Shown here in pieces: positions 48,477 to 58,783 of a stretch of 64,000 bases of DNA. Source of the stretch: an uncultured archaeon (GTDB taxonomy: Archaea; Asgardarchaeota; Lokiarchaeia; Sigyniarchaeales; SOKP01); NCBI GenBank assembly GCA_964583985.1, contig CAZOYD010000001.1, positions 35,532 to 99,531 on the forward strand. Reading direction: 5' to 3'. How positions within the stretch are numbered: the stretch's first letter is position 1; each line of letters opens with the position of its first letter. The position numbers were made by a program, and so were the translations under genes. The notes under the pieces were generated by a model, which did not search any database, had not been told where the DNA came from, and saw only the letters and a list, made by a program, of their open reading frames with translations.

Positions 48477-49721
48477 ATGTACGATTATATAATAAGTGAA
48501 GATGCCAAAAAGATAAAACAAGAAGTACGTTCATTTGTAAGAGACGAGGTACCTCATTCTTTAATTAAAAAGATGGATAAAGAAGAAATTAATTATCCAA
48601 CTGAATTCTTACAGAAACTTGGTAAAAAAAATCTTATAGGTTTAAGATTTCCCAAGGAATTTGGTGGTCGAGGTTTAAATTGGGAATGCGAAGTTGTTGC
48701 GCTTGAAGAAGTTGGCGTGCTTGGAAGCTCATTACCGTGCCTTTATTCACTTCCTATAATTACAGGAGAAGCAATGAATTTATTTGGCTCTGAACATCAA
48801 AAAATAAATTATTTGAAGCCAATGTGTGAAGGTAAAAAGTATACTGCAGAAGCTTTAACAGAACCAAGAGGTGGATCTGATTTTTTTGGAGCAACCTGCA
48901 CCGCTGCTAAAGATGGAGATTTTTACATCTTGAATGGGGAAAAACGTTTTGTTGTGGGAGCTGAGGGAGCTGACTTTTTTTTAGTTTACGCGAAAACAAA
49001 CTTGGATCCAAAATCGGATCCTCGAACATCTCTAAGTTTATTTATAGTGGATCGTAGCGATGGTGTTGAAACGGAATATATTTATGGTCTTTTAGGAACT
49101 AGAGGTGGTGGCGCTGGAAGACTCAAATTTACAGATGTTCAAGTACCAAAAGAGAATATTATTATGGGAGAGGGACAAGGAGGGAGAATTTTTTATCAAA
49201 TGATGGTTCCTGAGCGCCTTACAACGGCTGCAGGTTCATTAGGATCGGCTAGAACTTGTCTTCATATTGCTACCAAGTATTCAACTAAAAGGAAAGCTTT
49301 TGGACAGACGATTAAAAATTTCCAAGCGGTAAATTTTAAAGTAGCAGATAGTATCACGCTTTTAGATGCAGCAAGAGCAATTGTGCTTAATACTGCGAGA
49401 TCGATTGATGCTGGTGCGCCACCCGCTTTACAAAGAAGATTAGTCTCAGAGTCTAAGAAATTTTCAACAAAATCTTGCTGGAAAGTAATTAACAATGCGA
49501 TGCAGATCATGGGTGGTATTGGTTATACAACAGTTTATCCCATCGAAAAAATTTTACGTGATTCAAGGATAGGTGAATTGTGGACTGGAACCACAGAAAT
49601 CATGAATATGATCATTCAACATGAATATTATAAAGAATTATTAAGCGAAAAATGGCTCGATCGAGACGTTGAAAAAGATGCTATTGATGCGGATCATGAG
49701 GAAGAAAAACACTATGGTTGA
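48477..49721 (+). CDS. Acyl-CoA dehydrogenase
   Basis: ALTEP.GGSD, LNGEK.F, R.AFG..I..FQ, MQI.GG.GY, GT.EI. Confidence 0.95.
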   Translation: MYDYIISEDAKKIKQEVRSFVRDEVPHSLIKKMDKEEINYPTEFLQKLGKKNLIGLRFPKEFGGRGLNWECEVVALEEVGVLGSSLPCLYSLPIITGEAMNLFGSEHQKINYLKPMCEGKKYTAEALTEPRGGSDFFGATCTAAKDGDFYILNGEKRFVVGAEGADFFLVYAKTNLDPKSDPRTSLSLFIVDRSDGVETEYIYGLLGTRGGGAGRLKFTDVQVPKENIIMGEGQGGRIFYQMMVPERLTTAAGSLGSARTCLHIATKYSTKRKAFGQTIKNFQAVNFKVADSITLLDAARAIVLNTARSIDAGAPPALQRRLVSESKKFSTKSCWKVINNAMQIMGGIGYTTVYPIEKILRDSRIGELWTGTTEIMNMIIQHEYYKELLSEKWLDRDVEKDAIDADHEEEKHYG

Positions 49722-49829
49722 TCTTTTTTTTTATTAATTTAAAGGATAATTAGAGGAAAAGATCATTTTATTATTATTTTTAATTAGGTGATTTCTTCAT
49801 AATTTAATAAAAGATGAAGGGAGATGTAA

Positions 49830-51050
49830 ATAAAGAAGGATTTTATAACCACATTAAATTTATCTGCAGTCACATTACTTGTGATGATTGGATTAAGTAT
49901 TGTAGCTCCAATTTTGCCCTATTATGCAGAAACCTTTAATGTGAATTATACGCTTGTTGGTCTTGTTGTATCTGCATTTGGGATAGCTCGCATGTTCATT
50001 GATTTGCCTGCGGGTTTTTTGGCTCAAAAATATGATATAAAGAAACTAATGCTGTTAGGTTTGATACTTGTGTCAACATCCTCTATCATTGCTGGATTAG
50101 CTCAAAATTATTGGATTTTATTATTTGCTCGAATTATTGAAGGTTTTGGCTCTGCAATTTATGTAACAAGTGCAACCATTTTTATAGCATTAATAGCTAG
50201 CCCTGAAAGAAGAGGATTTTTAATGAGCATTTATTCTGGATTTTTATTATTAGGCTCTATTTTTGGTCCTAGTTTTGGGGGATTTATAGCAACTCTTTAT
50301 GGTCTTAATGCCCCATTTTTCGCATATGCTATTATTTCTGCTATTGGGATCATTCCCACTCTCACTTTACCGAGAGTTAATAATTTGAAAGATAAAAAAC
50401 ATTTTAAACCACGAGAACTTTACAAGCAAGCATGGCATAGTTTAAAAGATCTTAACTTTATGCCAGTTCTTCCCGCAATTTTCTCACTGTTCTTTATACG
50501 AACTGGAGTTCGAAATACTCTTTTGCCTCTTTTTTCAGGCAAAGATCTTGGTTTAAATGAGTTTGATATTGGTATTTTATTAACCATAGCAGCTATTGCA
50601 ACAACAATTACAATGCTCTCAATTGGCTTAATTTCAGACAAAATAGGAAGAAGAACTCCACTATTTTTATCCCTTGTCGCTTCTGCACCTATAACATTAT
50701 GGATTCCTTTTACATCAAGCATCATTTATGTATCATTAGTCATTTTTATTTATGGAGCCATAATTGGGTTATCAGGACCAATTGCAGCTTATGTAACGGA
50801 TATCGCACCTAAAGATAAGCTTGAGATTTATATGGGCGTCTATCGGACGATTGGAGATTTAGGTTTTGTAATTGGTCCATTATTAATGGGTTATATTGTT
50901 GATCTTACTGGTGTAGCTATCATGAGAGAAGGAACGCTTATTGAATTGGTAGGATGGCCCCCTTTCGCGATAGCTGCTTGCATAATGATTTTAGCTGGAA
51001 TAATTCTTCTTAAAGCACCTGATCTTAGACAGAAAGATTTATTACCTTAA
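49830..51050 (+). CDS. MFS transporter; start uncertain (ATA 49830 or GTG 49881)
   Basis: About 12 TM, AR..EG.GSA, SDKIGRR; the frame extends 17 codons upstream of the GTG and completes TM1. Confidence 0.85.
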   Translation: MKKDFITTLNLSAVTLLVMIGLSIVAPILPYYAETFNVNYTLVGLVVSAFGIARMFIDLPAGFLAQKYDIKKLMLLGLILVSTSSIIAGLAQNYWILLFARIIEGFGSAIYVTSATIFIALIASPERRGFLMSIYSGFLLLGSIFGPSFGGFIATLYGLNAPFFAYAIISAIGIIPTLTLPRVNNLKDKKHFKPRELYKQAWHSLKDLNFMPVLPAIFSLFFIRTGVRNTLLPLFSGKDLGLNEFDIGILLTIAAIATTITMLSIGLISDKIGRRTPLFLSLVASAPITLWIPFTSSIIYVSLVIFIYGAIIGLSGPIAAYVTDIAPKDKLEIYMGVYRTIGDLGFVIGPLLMGYIVDLTGVAIMREGTLIELVGWPPFAIAACIMILAGIILLKAPDLRQKDLLP

Positions 51051-51203
51051 TTTTTCATTCCCTGCAATCAATCAACAATTTTTAAGAAGAATAGAAATTC
51101 TAATAAAAAACCTTTATTCCTCCAAAAATGGGAGTGGCAAATTTTTATTGCTGCAAAATATAGTAAGCGGTGATATATAGATAAATTTTCACGATTAAAC
51201 TGA

Positions 51204-51977
51204 CTAGACGACTTCCTTGTAAGAAAAATATCGTTGCCGAAGAATTTCAAATCCAATAATAATTGCGGCCGAATTAAGCGGGAGAGATCCTGTAAATTCT
51301 CTCTTATAAGGAATGGTAAACCTTAAATCTGCTTTATCTAAAAAAGTGCGATTAATGCCTCTTTTTTCACCCCCAATTACTATAAATAGTGGGGGTTTCA
51401 GATCACTTTGATATATTGACTGACCTTTATCTTTAGCAGTACAAGCAATGGTGAAATTATAAGATTTGAAGAAGTTAGCTGTTGTTTCTAAATCTTCAAC
51501 TAATGCTATCGGCATTAATTCTGAAGTGCCTGCGGAAGATTTAATAATAGTTGCATCCACATCAAGCCAACTTCTCTGTTTTATCACGATTCCATCTATT
51601 CCTGCAGCATATAATGACCGAATTGTGTAACCAAGATTATAAGGGTCTTCAATTCCGTCCAAATAAATAATTACACTGGGTTTTGATTTCAAGAGTTCAG
51701 GTAATTTTTGGTAGGTTCTTTCACTTACAATAGCAGCAATTCCTCCATGAGACTTCCCATTGGCATGTTTTTCAAACCACTTATAGTCCACAGGTTCAAT
51801 CTGTATTTCCTTGGAATTTACTAATTCAAGTATCTGCTTGAGAGATTTTAACTGCTTAGTATTTCTTTTCCTCTGGAGCTTAGCAACATCATAAAATAAA
51901 GTCAGAACCTTACGATATTTTGAATGCAAAACAGCATTTACAGACATTTTTCCCTCAATTATAATAGAATCTGTCAT
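51204..51977 (-). CDS. TrmH/SpoU-family RNA 2'-O-methyltransferase (RlmB-like)
   Basis: HGGI.A, LDGIEDP.NLG..IRS, KSSAG, IGGEKRG, SL.L..AA. Confidence 0.88.
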   Translation of the reverse strand: MTDSIIIEGKMSVNAVLHSKYRKVLTLFYDVAKLQRKRNTKQLKSLKQILELVNSKEIQIEPVDYKWFEKHANGKSHGGIAAIVSERTYQKLPELLKSKPSVIIYLDGIEDPYNLGYTIRSLYAAGIDGIVIKQRSWLDVDATIIKSSAGTSELMPIALVEDLETTANFFKSYNFTIACTAKDKGQSIYQSDLKPPLFIVIGGEKRGINRTFLDKADLRFTIPYKREFTGSLPLNSAAIIIGFEILRQRYFSYKEVV

Positions 51978-52396
51978 TTTCTTGTTCCTTTAAATATGAG
52001 TATGATTCTAAAATGATAGCCATGTATTAAACCTATTTCATATAGAACGAGTAAAATTATGATTATTTCATCTCACAATGATATTCTCGTAAAACATCGT
52101 TTTATCCTTTATCGAGGATACTCAAAAGAAGTGCTTGTACCTAAAAGTACTTAAGGAGATAAAAGCTAAAGGATTGAATTTTTCCATCGTTTTGTATTGA
52201 TTTTATTTATATTCATTTTGAATAATATAGATAACGTTTACTTGATTGAGATGTAGCAAAGATTCAGTCGATGCTAATAATGATGAATAAAAGCATTTCG
52301 GTTAAATAAAACTCTCTTTTTTTTTTTAACGAAATTAATATATTAGATTTACTATAGAAGAGAATTTAACAAACTTAGTATTAGAATCTTATGATT

Positions 52397-53545
52397 TTAT
52401 TTTTGTTTGGATAAATACCGCACTTTCACGAGTAAATCTCTTAATTCCATTTTATCACTATCTGAAGTAATGTATTTCTTTTTTACTCCTTCTAAAAGTG
52501 GCATAGTTTTGATTTTATTACCTTGCAACGAAACCATGTTCCCAAATTTAGATTCCAAAACAAGATTCATAGCTGCTAATCCAAATCTCAATCCCAGAAT
52601 TCTATCGAAAGAATTAGGAGTCCCCGCTCGCATTGTGTGTCCTAAAACCACGCTTCTGCATTCGAATTCAACGTCATTTTGGAGAAATACTTCTTTTAAA
52701 TCTTCCCTTAAATTTAATTCATCTACGATAATTTGTGAGATGTTTAACTTTGCTAATAATGGATTACCAAATGTATCTTTAGGTAATTTATCAATGGTAT
52801 CCTTTGAAATTGTTTTAAAATCTCGATTTAAAGAGTCAATATGCGGATGAGCTCCTTCAGATGTGGCAATAATATGATATTTATATCCAGCATTAGCTCT
52901 ATTTTTGAGTACATCAACAACATCTCTTTCTAAACTAAAAGGAGTTTCAGGAACTAATATTATATCAGCACCGGCAGAAATTCCGCTATACATTGTAAGA
53001 AAACCTGCGTCTCTTCCCATTATTTCCACTACAAATACCCTTTGATGAGACCTTGCAGTGGTCGTTAAATTATCCATCGCATTGGAAGCAAGTTGTACAG
53101 CGCTCCAGAACCCAAATGTGTAATGCGTTCCCTTCAAGTCATTATCTATCGTTTTTGGAACCCCTACTACATTTGCATTTGCAATTTTATACATGGTATC
53201 GGCTACTCCAAGAGTATCATCTCCACCGATAGCAATTAAGGCATCAATACCTAACGCTTTAAATTGATTACCTAATTGCTTTGCTTTTTCCTCTTTAGAT
53301 TCCATTCCTTTGAATGGATTAGTACGACTTGTATACAGAATTGTCCCTCCCTTGGTATGAAGATCGTCATGATCAGCTATGTTTAAGGGAATCGTCAAAT
53401 TTTCAACAAAACCTTTCCATCCTTTTAAAATTCCTACGCATTCTACACCCGCATCGTAAGCTTTTAACATTATTCCGTAAATCACAGAATTTAATCCAGG
53501 ACAATCTCCTCCTCCTGTTAAAATCCCTACTCTTTTAATATTCAT
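52397..53545 (-). CDS. pfkA: 6-phosphofructokinase, PfkA family group III (predicted PPi-type)
   Basis: GGGDCPGLN, GGT.L.TSR, GGDDT, PKTIDND, EIMGR.AG, LGH..R.G. Confidence 0.92.
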   Translation of the reverse strand: MNIKRVGILTGGGDCPGLNSVIYGIMLKAYDAGVECVGILKGWKGFVENLTIPLNIADHDDLHTKGGTILYTSRTNPFKGMESKEEKAKQLGNQFKALGIDALIAIGGDDTLGVADTMYKIANANVVGVPKTIDNDLKGTHYTFGFWSAVQLASNAMDNLTTTARSHQRVFVVEIMGRDAGFLTMYSGISAGADIILVPETPFSLERDVVDVLKNRANAGYKYHIIATSEGAHPHIDSLNRDFKTISKDTIDKLPKDTFGNPLLAKLNISQIIVDELNLREDLKEVFLQNDVEFECRSVVLGHTMRAGTPNSFDRILGLRFGLAAMNLVLESKFGNMVSLQGNKIKTMPLLEGVKKKYITSDSDKMELRDLLVKVRYLSKQK

Positions 53546-53617
53546 TTCGAGTACCTTACTAATTTTTTGTTTTAATATTATGGTTATTTTCTATTAAAAA
53601 AAAATTATGTTTCTTTT

Positions 53618-54178
53618 TTACTCATAATCTAATTTTTGATATGAATATTTTGATTTATCTTGAGGAATTATATAACTGCCTCCACCTGTATCAGTTATCC
53701 TCAAGGTGAATTTAAAATCTCCTTTCATGGCTTTATTTATATTATTTAAAATTTCATCGATTTCTGCTCGTTTTCCTTCGTCTCCGTTTAGATTATTTCG
53801 ATATATTTGCACAGCTTTCTGAAATCGATCCAAGATGCCTTCTACATTCGTATAATAAAAATCTGCACGTGGACCTGGTTCCACTAATACTTCTAATTCA
53901 GGAATCTCTAATACACCGATAGGTGAACGATAGATTTTAGATTTGAGGTCATTTTCATCCGTAACTTGTAATGTAATAATCCCAGGTTCAAGTCTAGTAG
54001 TCAATGGAATCACGTCATTTTTAGTAAACAAGCATTTATTACATTCAAATTTAATAATCAGCATTTTATCCCCGTCGGTTATGTCATAAACTGTTTTGAT
54101 TAAATTGATTGTTCCATCATTACAAGCCGGGCATTTAAATGAAAATTCTTCTTCTGTTTCTTTCGCTTTTTCAGACAT
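53618..54178 (-). CDS. ZPR1 zinc-finger protein
   Basis: CPAC...CNKC, DL...IYRS, IPEL...VEPG, TNVEGIL, D..G.SYI. Confidence 0.9.
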   Translation of the reverse strand: MSEKAKETEEEFSFKCPACNDGTINLIKTVYDITDGDKMLIIKFECNKCLFTKNDVIPLTTRLEPGIITLQVTDENDLKSKIYRSPIGVLEIPELEVLVEPGPRADFYYTNVEGILDRFQKAVQIYRNNLNGDEGKRAEIDEILNNINKAMKGDFKFTLRITDTGGGSYIIPQDKSKYSYQKLDYE

Positions 54179-54343
54179 TGAATCACGACATTATATTTAT
54201 TTCTTGATTCTTTTTAAAGTACCTCAAGTAGAATTCTGAATATTATGAAGAGATTTACTTTTAATCATTACCTAGGATATTTCAAATGATTTATTCTTAT
54301 TAAAACGCACACTTATGATTCTTTTCCAGAAATTTTTAATGGA

Positions 54344-54976
54344 ATGTTAATTATTTTACTTCTAAATGTGTTGATTAATATGAGTAATGATACTGATATG
54401 GAAAAAATTGTAGAGGTTACTTTCCACGGTCGCGGTGGACAAACAGCAATTACCGCGAGTCAATTATTAGCACAACTTGCGTATGAAAAAGGGTTTAAAG
54501 ACGCAATAGCAATCCCTATAATTGGTGCGGAAAGAAGAGGAGCGCCCATTCAAGCATATTCTAAGTTATCGAGGAATAAGCAAATAAAAACTTTTGATAG
54601 CGTGAAAAATCCAGATTACATAATAATTTTTGATACATCCTTATTAGAGATTCCAGCCATCATGGCTACTATAAAAAGTGGAGTTACGTTACTCATTAAT
54701 AGTAAAAATCCAATTGACACATGTGAATTTCCAGAAAATATCAAATATTTCATAGTGGATGCTACTGGTATATGTATCAAACATAATTTCATGCATTCCA
54801 GTGGACCCATACTAAATATTCCTATGTTAGGAGCATTTGGTAAAATGACAGGATATTATGACATCGAAACAATGAAAAAAGTCATTAATAAAGAATTTGG
54901 AGAGAGTCGGGGTAAGAAAAATATTGATGTTGCTATTGAAGCATATAACAGTGTTAAGGAGGTTGAATATGAATGA
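54344..54976 (+). CDS. porG: Pyruvate/2-oxoacid:ferredoxin oxidoreductase gamma subunit
   Basis: HGRGGQ, GAERRGAP, VDAT.I, N.PMLGA; true start likely ATG 54380 or 54398. Confidence 0.9.
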   Translation: MLIILLLNVLINMSNDTDMEKIVEVTFHGRGGQTAITASQLLAQLAYEKGFKDAIAIPIIGAERRGAPIQAYSKLSRNKQIKTFDSVKNPDYIIIFDTSLLEIPAIMATIKSGVTLLINSKNPIDTCEFPENIKYFIVDATGICIKHNFMHSSGPILNIPMLGAFGKMTGYYDIETMKKVINKEFGESRGKKNIDVAIEAYNSVKEVEYE

Positions 54977-55311
54977 ACAAAGTTAAATGGAAAAATATAT
55001 GTGAAGCCAAAGATAAAAGACCAGAAGTGCAAGCATATCATAACTGGAAAGAATTACCCCCGATCCCAATTTCTTTTCCAATCAAAGGTAGTATAGGGAC
55101 GACTGGAGATTGGAGAACTTTTAAACCAGTTCTTAATAGAGAGACTTGTACAAAATGTGGAATCTGCTGGATGTATTGTCCAGAGGGCACAATAGTGAGA
55201 AATGAAGAAGGGGAGTTTGAAGTTGATTATGTATATTGTAAGGGTTGTGGTATCTGTGCTAAAGAATGCCCAACGAAAAGTATAGAAATGGAAAGGGAGA
55301 GTGGAGAATAA
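54973..55311 (+). CDS. porD: Pyruvate/2-oxoacid:ferredoxin oxidoreductase delta subunit
   Basis: TGDWRT.KP, CTKCGICWMYCPE, YCKGCGICAKECP. Confidence 0.93.
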   Translation: MNKVKWKNICEAKDKRPEVQAYHNWKELPPIPISFPIKGSIGTTGDWRTFKPVLNRETCTKCGICWMYCPEGTIVRNEEGEFEVDYVYCKGCGICAKECPTKSIEMERESGE

Positions 55312-56569
55312 TATGATTGACAGCCAAGATGATTTTATACAAGAGAGAGAAACCAAAATCATTAAAGGAAATGAGGCAGCAGCTTATGCGGCAAAATCTG
55401 CACGTGTCCAAGTGATAAGTGCTTATCCAATTACTCCACAAACAACTGTAGTAGAAAAACTATCTGAGTTTGTGGATAATGGTGAGATGCCTGGAACTGA
55501 ATACATCAAGGTCGAATCAGAACACTCAGTAATGGCTTCTATTGTTGGAGCAAGTACTGCAGGAACTCGTACTTTTACTGCTACTTCCGGACAGGGCTTA
55601 TTTTACATGTATGAAATGGTTCATTGGGCAGCAGGTGCTCGTTTACCAATCGTAACTACAATAGCTTCTCGAGGACCGGCGCCACCATGGAATATCTGGG
55701 CCGATTTTACAGATATAATTAGTTGTAGAGATACGGGTTGGATGATTTCATTTGCTGCTAATCATCAAGAGATATATGATGATATTTTAATGTCTTATAA
55801 AATTTGTGAAGATTATGATATCCTATTGCCTAAATTCGTTGCATACGGAGGATTTACTCTCTCTCATACATCTAAACCAGTAACTATAGAAGATCAAGAG
55901 GTTGTTGATAATTTTTTACCGCCTCTTCCAGATGAAAAAGGATGGCCTCACATCTTTTTGGATCCTGAAAGACCAATGATGCATGGAAATCTTATCATGC
56001 CTTCTGGTTTCTATAATGAGTTTAGATTGAAAATCCATCATACAATGCTCATGGCAAAAGATAAAATAAAAAAAGTAACGAAAGAATTCGAAAGCACTTT
56101 TGGAAGGCACTATGGGAATGGTCTGATTCAAGAATATAGAATTAATGATGCTGATGTAGCAATAATTAATTATGGCGAATTAGCCATGCAAATGGAACAA
56201 GCAGTTGACGATTTAAGAGAAGAAGGATATAAAGTAGGGTCAGTTAAATTACGTTATTTAAGACCTTTTCCAGTTGAAGATATCATAAATGTAGCAAGAA
56301 AAGTAAAAATTCTTGGAGTAGCAGATAGAGCTACGGCATTTGGTTCTCCAACTGGAGGTCCAGTAAGTAGTGAGGTGAAAACAGCTTTATATAATTCAAG
56401 TGTTTCTACACAAGTTTTACCAATAATTATGGGATTAGGCGGTAGAGAAGTAAGTTTAGAGCAGCAGAAGAACCAACTTAAAGCGTTGATAAAATTGAAG
56501 GAAACTGGAGAGCTTCCAAGAGATATGATTGATGGAACTTTCTGGGATGGTTTATTGGAGGTGGAATAA
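55301..56569 (+). CDS. porA: Pyruvate/2-oxoacid:ferredoxin oxidoreductase alpha subunit
   Basis: GNEAAA, AYPITPQT, VESEHS, FTATSGQG, RPFP, GLGGR. Confidence 0.93.
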   Translation: MENNMIDSQDDFIQERETKIIKGNEAAAYAAKSARVQVISAYPITPQTTVVEKLSEFVDNGEMPGTEYIKVESEHSVMASIVGASTAGTRTFTATSGQGLFYMYEMVHWAAGARLPIVTTIASRGPAPPWNIWADFTDIISCRDTGWMISFAANHQEIYDDILMSYKICEDYDILLPKFVAYGGFTLSHTSKPVTIEDQEVVDNFLPPLPDEKGWPHIFLDPERPMMHGNLIMPSGFYNEFRLKIHHTMLMAKDKIKKVTKEFESTFGRHYGNGLIQEYRINDADVAIINYGELAMQMEQAVDDLREEGYKVGSVKLRYLRPFPVEDIINVARKVKILGVADRATAFGSPTGGPVSSEVKTALYNSSVSTQVLPIIMGLGGREVSLEQQKNQLKALIKLKETGELPRDMIDGTFWDGLLEVE

Positions 56570-56571
56570 AA

Positions 56572-57510
56572 ATGGTTTCAATAAAAGAGGCTTTAAAGGA
56601 TTATCAAGAAGAATTTTTTCTCGCAGGGAATTCTACGTGTGCGGGTTGTGGTCTTGAAATTGCTTTAAGATGGGCAATGAAAGCACTTGGACCAAACACG
56701 TCTTTAGTCACACCTGCAAGCTGTTTGAATGTTGTTGTTGGGTTATGGCCCAAAACAGCTTCAAACTTTCCCTTTATGAACATGGCGTTTGCAGCAGGGG
56801 CAGCAGCAGCAACAGGTGTTTCTGCTGCATTCAAAGCAAAAGCTTATAGGTTTCCTGGTAAAGTATGGGAAAAAATGACGACTTTAGTTTTTGCGGGTGA
56901 TGGCGGAACAACTGATATAGGCATTCAAGGATTAAGTGGTGCTGCTGAAAGAAATTCAAATATCATCTATTGCTGTTATGATAATGAGGCATATATGAAT
57001 ACGGGGATTCAACGATCATCTAGCACGCCTCATGGTGCAATTACAACAACCACTACTTTAGGTAAGGAACAATATAAAAAAAATCTTCCACAAATAATGG
57101 CGGCACATGAAATTCCCTATGTTGCGACTTGTTCTGTGAGTGAACCTTTAGATATTTTCGAGAAATTTAAGAAAGCAAAATCTATTGAAGGATGTAAATA
57201 TATCCATATATTAGCATCGTGTCCACCTGGATGGGGGATAGCCTCTGAAGATGCAGTCGAAATTCCTCGTCTTGCTGTCAAGACAGGATCTTGGATTTTA
57301 TATGAAATTGAAAATGGAGTAATTACCTTATCAAAAAAGAGCAAACTATTATTAGATCCTTCAAAGAGGGTGCCTTTAATAGAATATTTATCCCGACAAA
57401 AAAGATTTTCAAAGATCTCAGAAAAAGCTTTAATTGAACTTCAGGAGCAACTTGATCTTCAATGGATAAAAATCGCGAATGAAATAAAGTGTCAAGAAAA
57501 TCTTGCTTAA
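56572..57510 (+). CDS. porB: Pyruvate/2-oxoacid:ferredoxin oxidoreductase beta subunit
   Basis: CAGCG, GDGGT.DIG, YDNEAYMNTG.QRS..TP, CP.GW. Confidence 0.93.
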   Translation: MVSIKEALKDYQEEFFLAGNSTCAGCGLEIALRWAMKALGPNTSLVTPASCLNVVVGLWPKTASNFPFMNMAFAAGAAAATGVSAAFKAKAYRFPGKVWEKMTTLVFAGDGGTTDIGIQGLSGAAERNSNIIYCCYDNEAYMNTGIQRSSSTPHGAITTTTTLGKEQYKKNLPQIMAAHEIPYVATCSVSEPLDIFEKFKKAKSIEGCKYIHILASCPPGWGIASEDAVEIPRLAVKTGSWILYEIENGVITLSKKSKLLLDPSKRVPLIEYLSRQKRFSKISEKALIELQEQLDLQWIKIANEIKCQENLA

Positions 57511-57567
57511 ATTCATTTATTTTTATATTCCAGATTTTTAATATTATAATAATGGAAGAGAGTTCTA

Positions 57568-58224
57568 ATGGGTTTCTTAATCAAGCTTCAAGGAAAAGAG
57601 CTTAAAGACATAGAATTATACCTTGACGTTGCTGTAGATAACATCATTGAGGGCAAATTAATTGCTTTTCCAACCGATAGTGTATATGGAATTGGAGGAG
57701 ATCCTCTCAATAAAGAGGTGATTGAAAGGATTTTTGATATAAAATTCCGTGATCGAAAGAAAGGTTTATTATTACTTGTTTCTGATTATGAAGAGGCAAC
57801 AAAAATAGTTCAATTTAATAATATCGCGAATGTTCTGGTAAAACATTTTTGGCCTGGACAATTGACTCTGATTTTAAAAAGAAGAGAAACATGTATTATT
57901 CCAGAAGAGGTTTCAGCTTTTCAAAACACACTTGGTATCAGAGTTCCAGAAAATGAAATTATAATGAGCATATTAGAAAAATTAAAAACTAAAGGTCGAT
58001 TTGGAGGAATAATTGGAACTTCAGCAAATTATTCAGGAGAACCTCCTTCCATAAGTGGAGATGAGGTGGCTCATAAATTTTTAAGTCCAATTGATTTCAT
58101 TATTGATGGAGGTAAATCTAAATCTAATATATCCACGACTATTGTAGATTGCACTTCCCAAGAACCGAAATTTCTAAGAATTGGTGCAATATCGGAAGAA
58201 GAGGTCCTCGATGTATTGAAATAA
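57568..58224 (+). CDS. tsaC: Threonylcarbamoyl-AMP synthase (single-domain TsaC/YrdC type)
   Basis: FPTD.VYG, K.R, FWPG.LT, GIRVP, TSAN.SG, STTIVD, R.G. Confidence 0.92.
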   Translation: MGFLIKLQGKELKDIELYLDVAVDNIIEGKLIAFPTDSVYGIGGDPLNKEVIERIFDIKFRDRKKGLLLLVSDYEEATKIVQFNNIANVLVKHFWPGQLTLILKRRETCIIPEEVSAFQNTLGIRVPENEIIMSILEKLKTKGRFGGIIGTSANYSGEPPSISGDEVAHKFLSPIDFIIDGGKSKSNISTTIVDCTSQEPKFLRIGAISEEEVLDVLK

Positions 58225-58249
58225 ACAGAAATTTAATTACCTAAGGAAC

Positions 58250-58783
58250 ATGACGAATAATTTCAATTTTTTAGTATCAACTTCCCGTTTTAACGAGACC
58301 AACGCTAAAGCAGAATTATGGTTTACTTTATTAACATGTGGAGATCGATATCCTATCATTTCAAGTTTAGAATTTCAAGGGTTGTTGACAGCATTTACGA
58401 CACTCAGAAAAGAAGAAGTTATTTCTAAAATTAAAGAATTACTGAAAATAGATCCAACCTTTTTTCAATATATTTTAAAAATAGTACCAATTGATTTTGT
58501 ATGCGAAACTGATGTAGAAGTCATAAAAGAAATTATCCAAACACATCATAACGAATATCTCGAAGAGGATGAATCCTTTAGGATAGATTTAAAAAGACGG
58601 AATAATGAAATTATCAATAGATCTCAATTAATTAAGGTTGTTGCAGAAATTTTTAATAATAGAGTTGATTTGGATAATCCTAATAAGATAGTGAGGTTAG
58701 AAATTTTAGGAAATTTTTGTGGAATATCATTTTTACAATTAAATGATATAATTAAAGCTCCTAAAGAGAGTCATGAAATTTAA
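58250..58783 (+). CDS. THUMP domain RNA-binding protein
   Basis: LK.VPID, SFRI...RR, VDL.NP..IV.LEILG. Confidence 0.85.
   Translation: MTNNFNFLVSTSRFNETNAKAELWFTLLTCGDRYPIISSLEFQGLLTAFTTLRKEEVISKIKELLKIDPTFFQYILKIVPIDFVCETDVEVIKEIIQTHHNEYLEEDESFRIDLKRRNNEIINRSQLIKVVAEIFNNRVDLDNPNKIVRLEILGNFCGISFLQLNDIIKAPKESHEI

Noticed and set aside
51978-52396. 419-bp intergenic gap with an ATGATGA (C-box-like) motif and short ORF fragments
   Set aside because: No matching downstream CTGA D box, no GC-rich structure and no recognisable protein remnant; cannot support an ncRNA or pseudogene call
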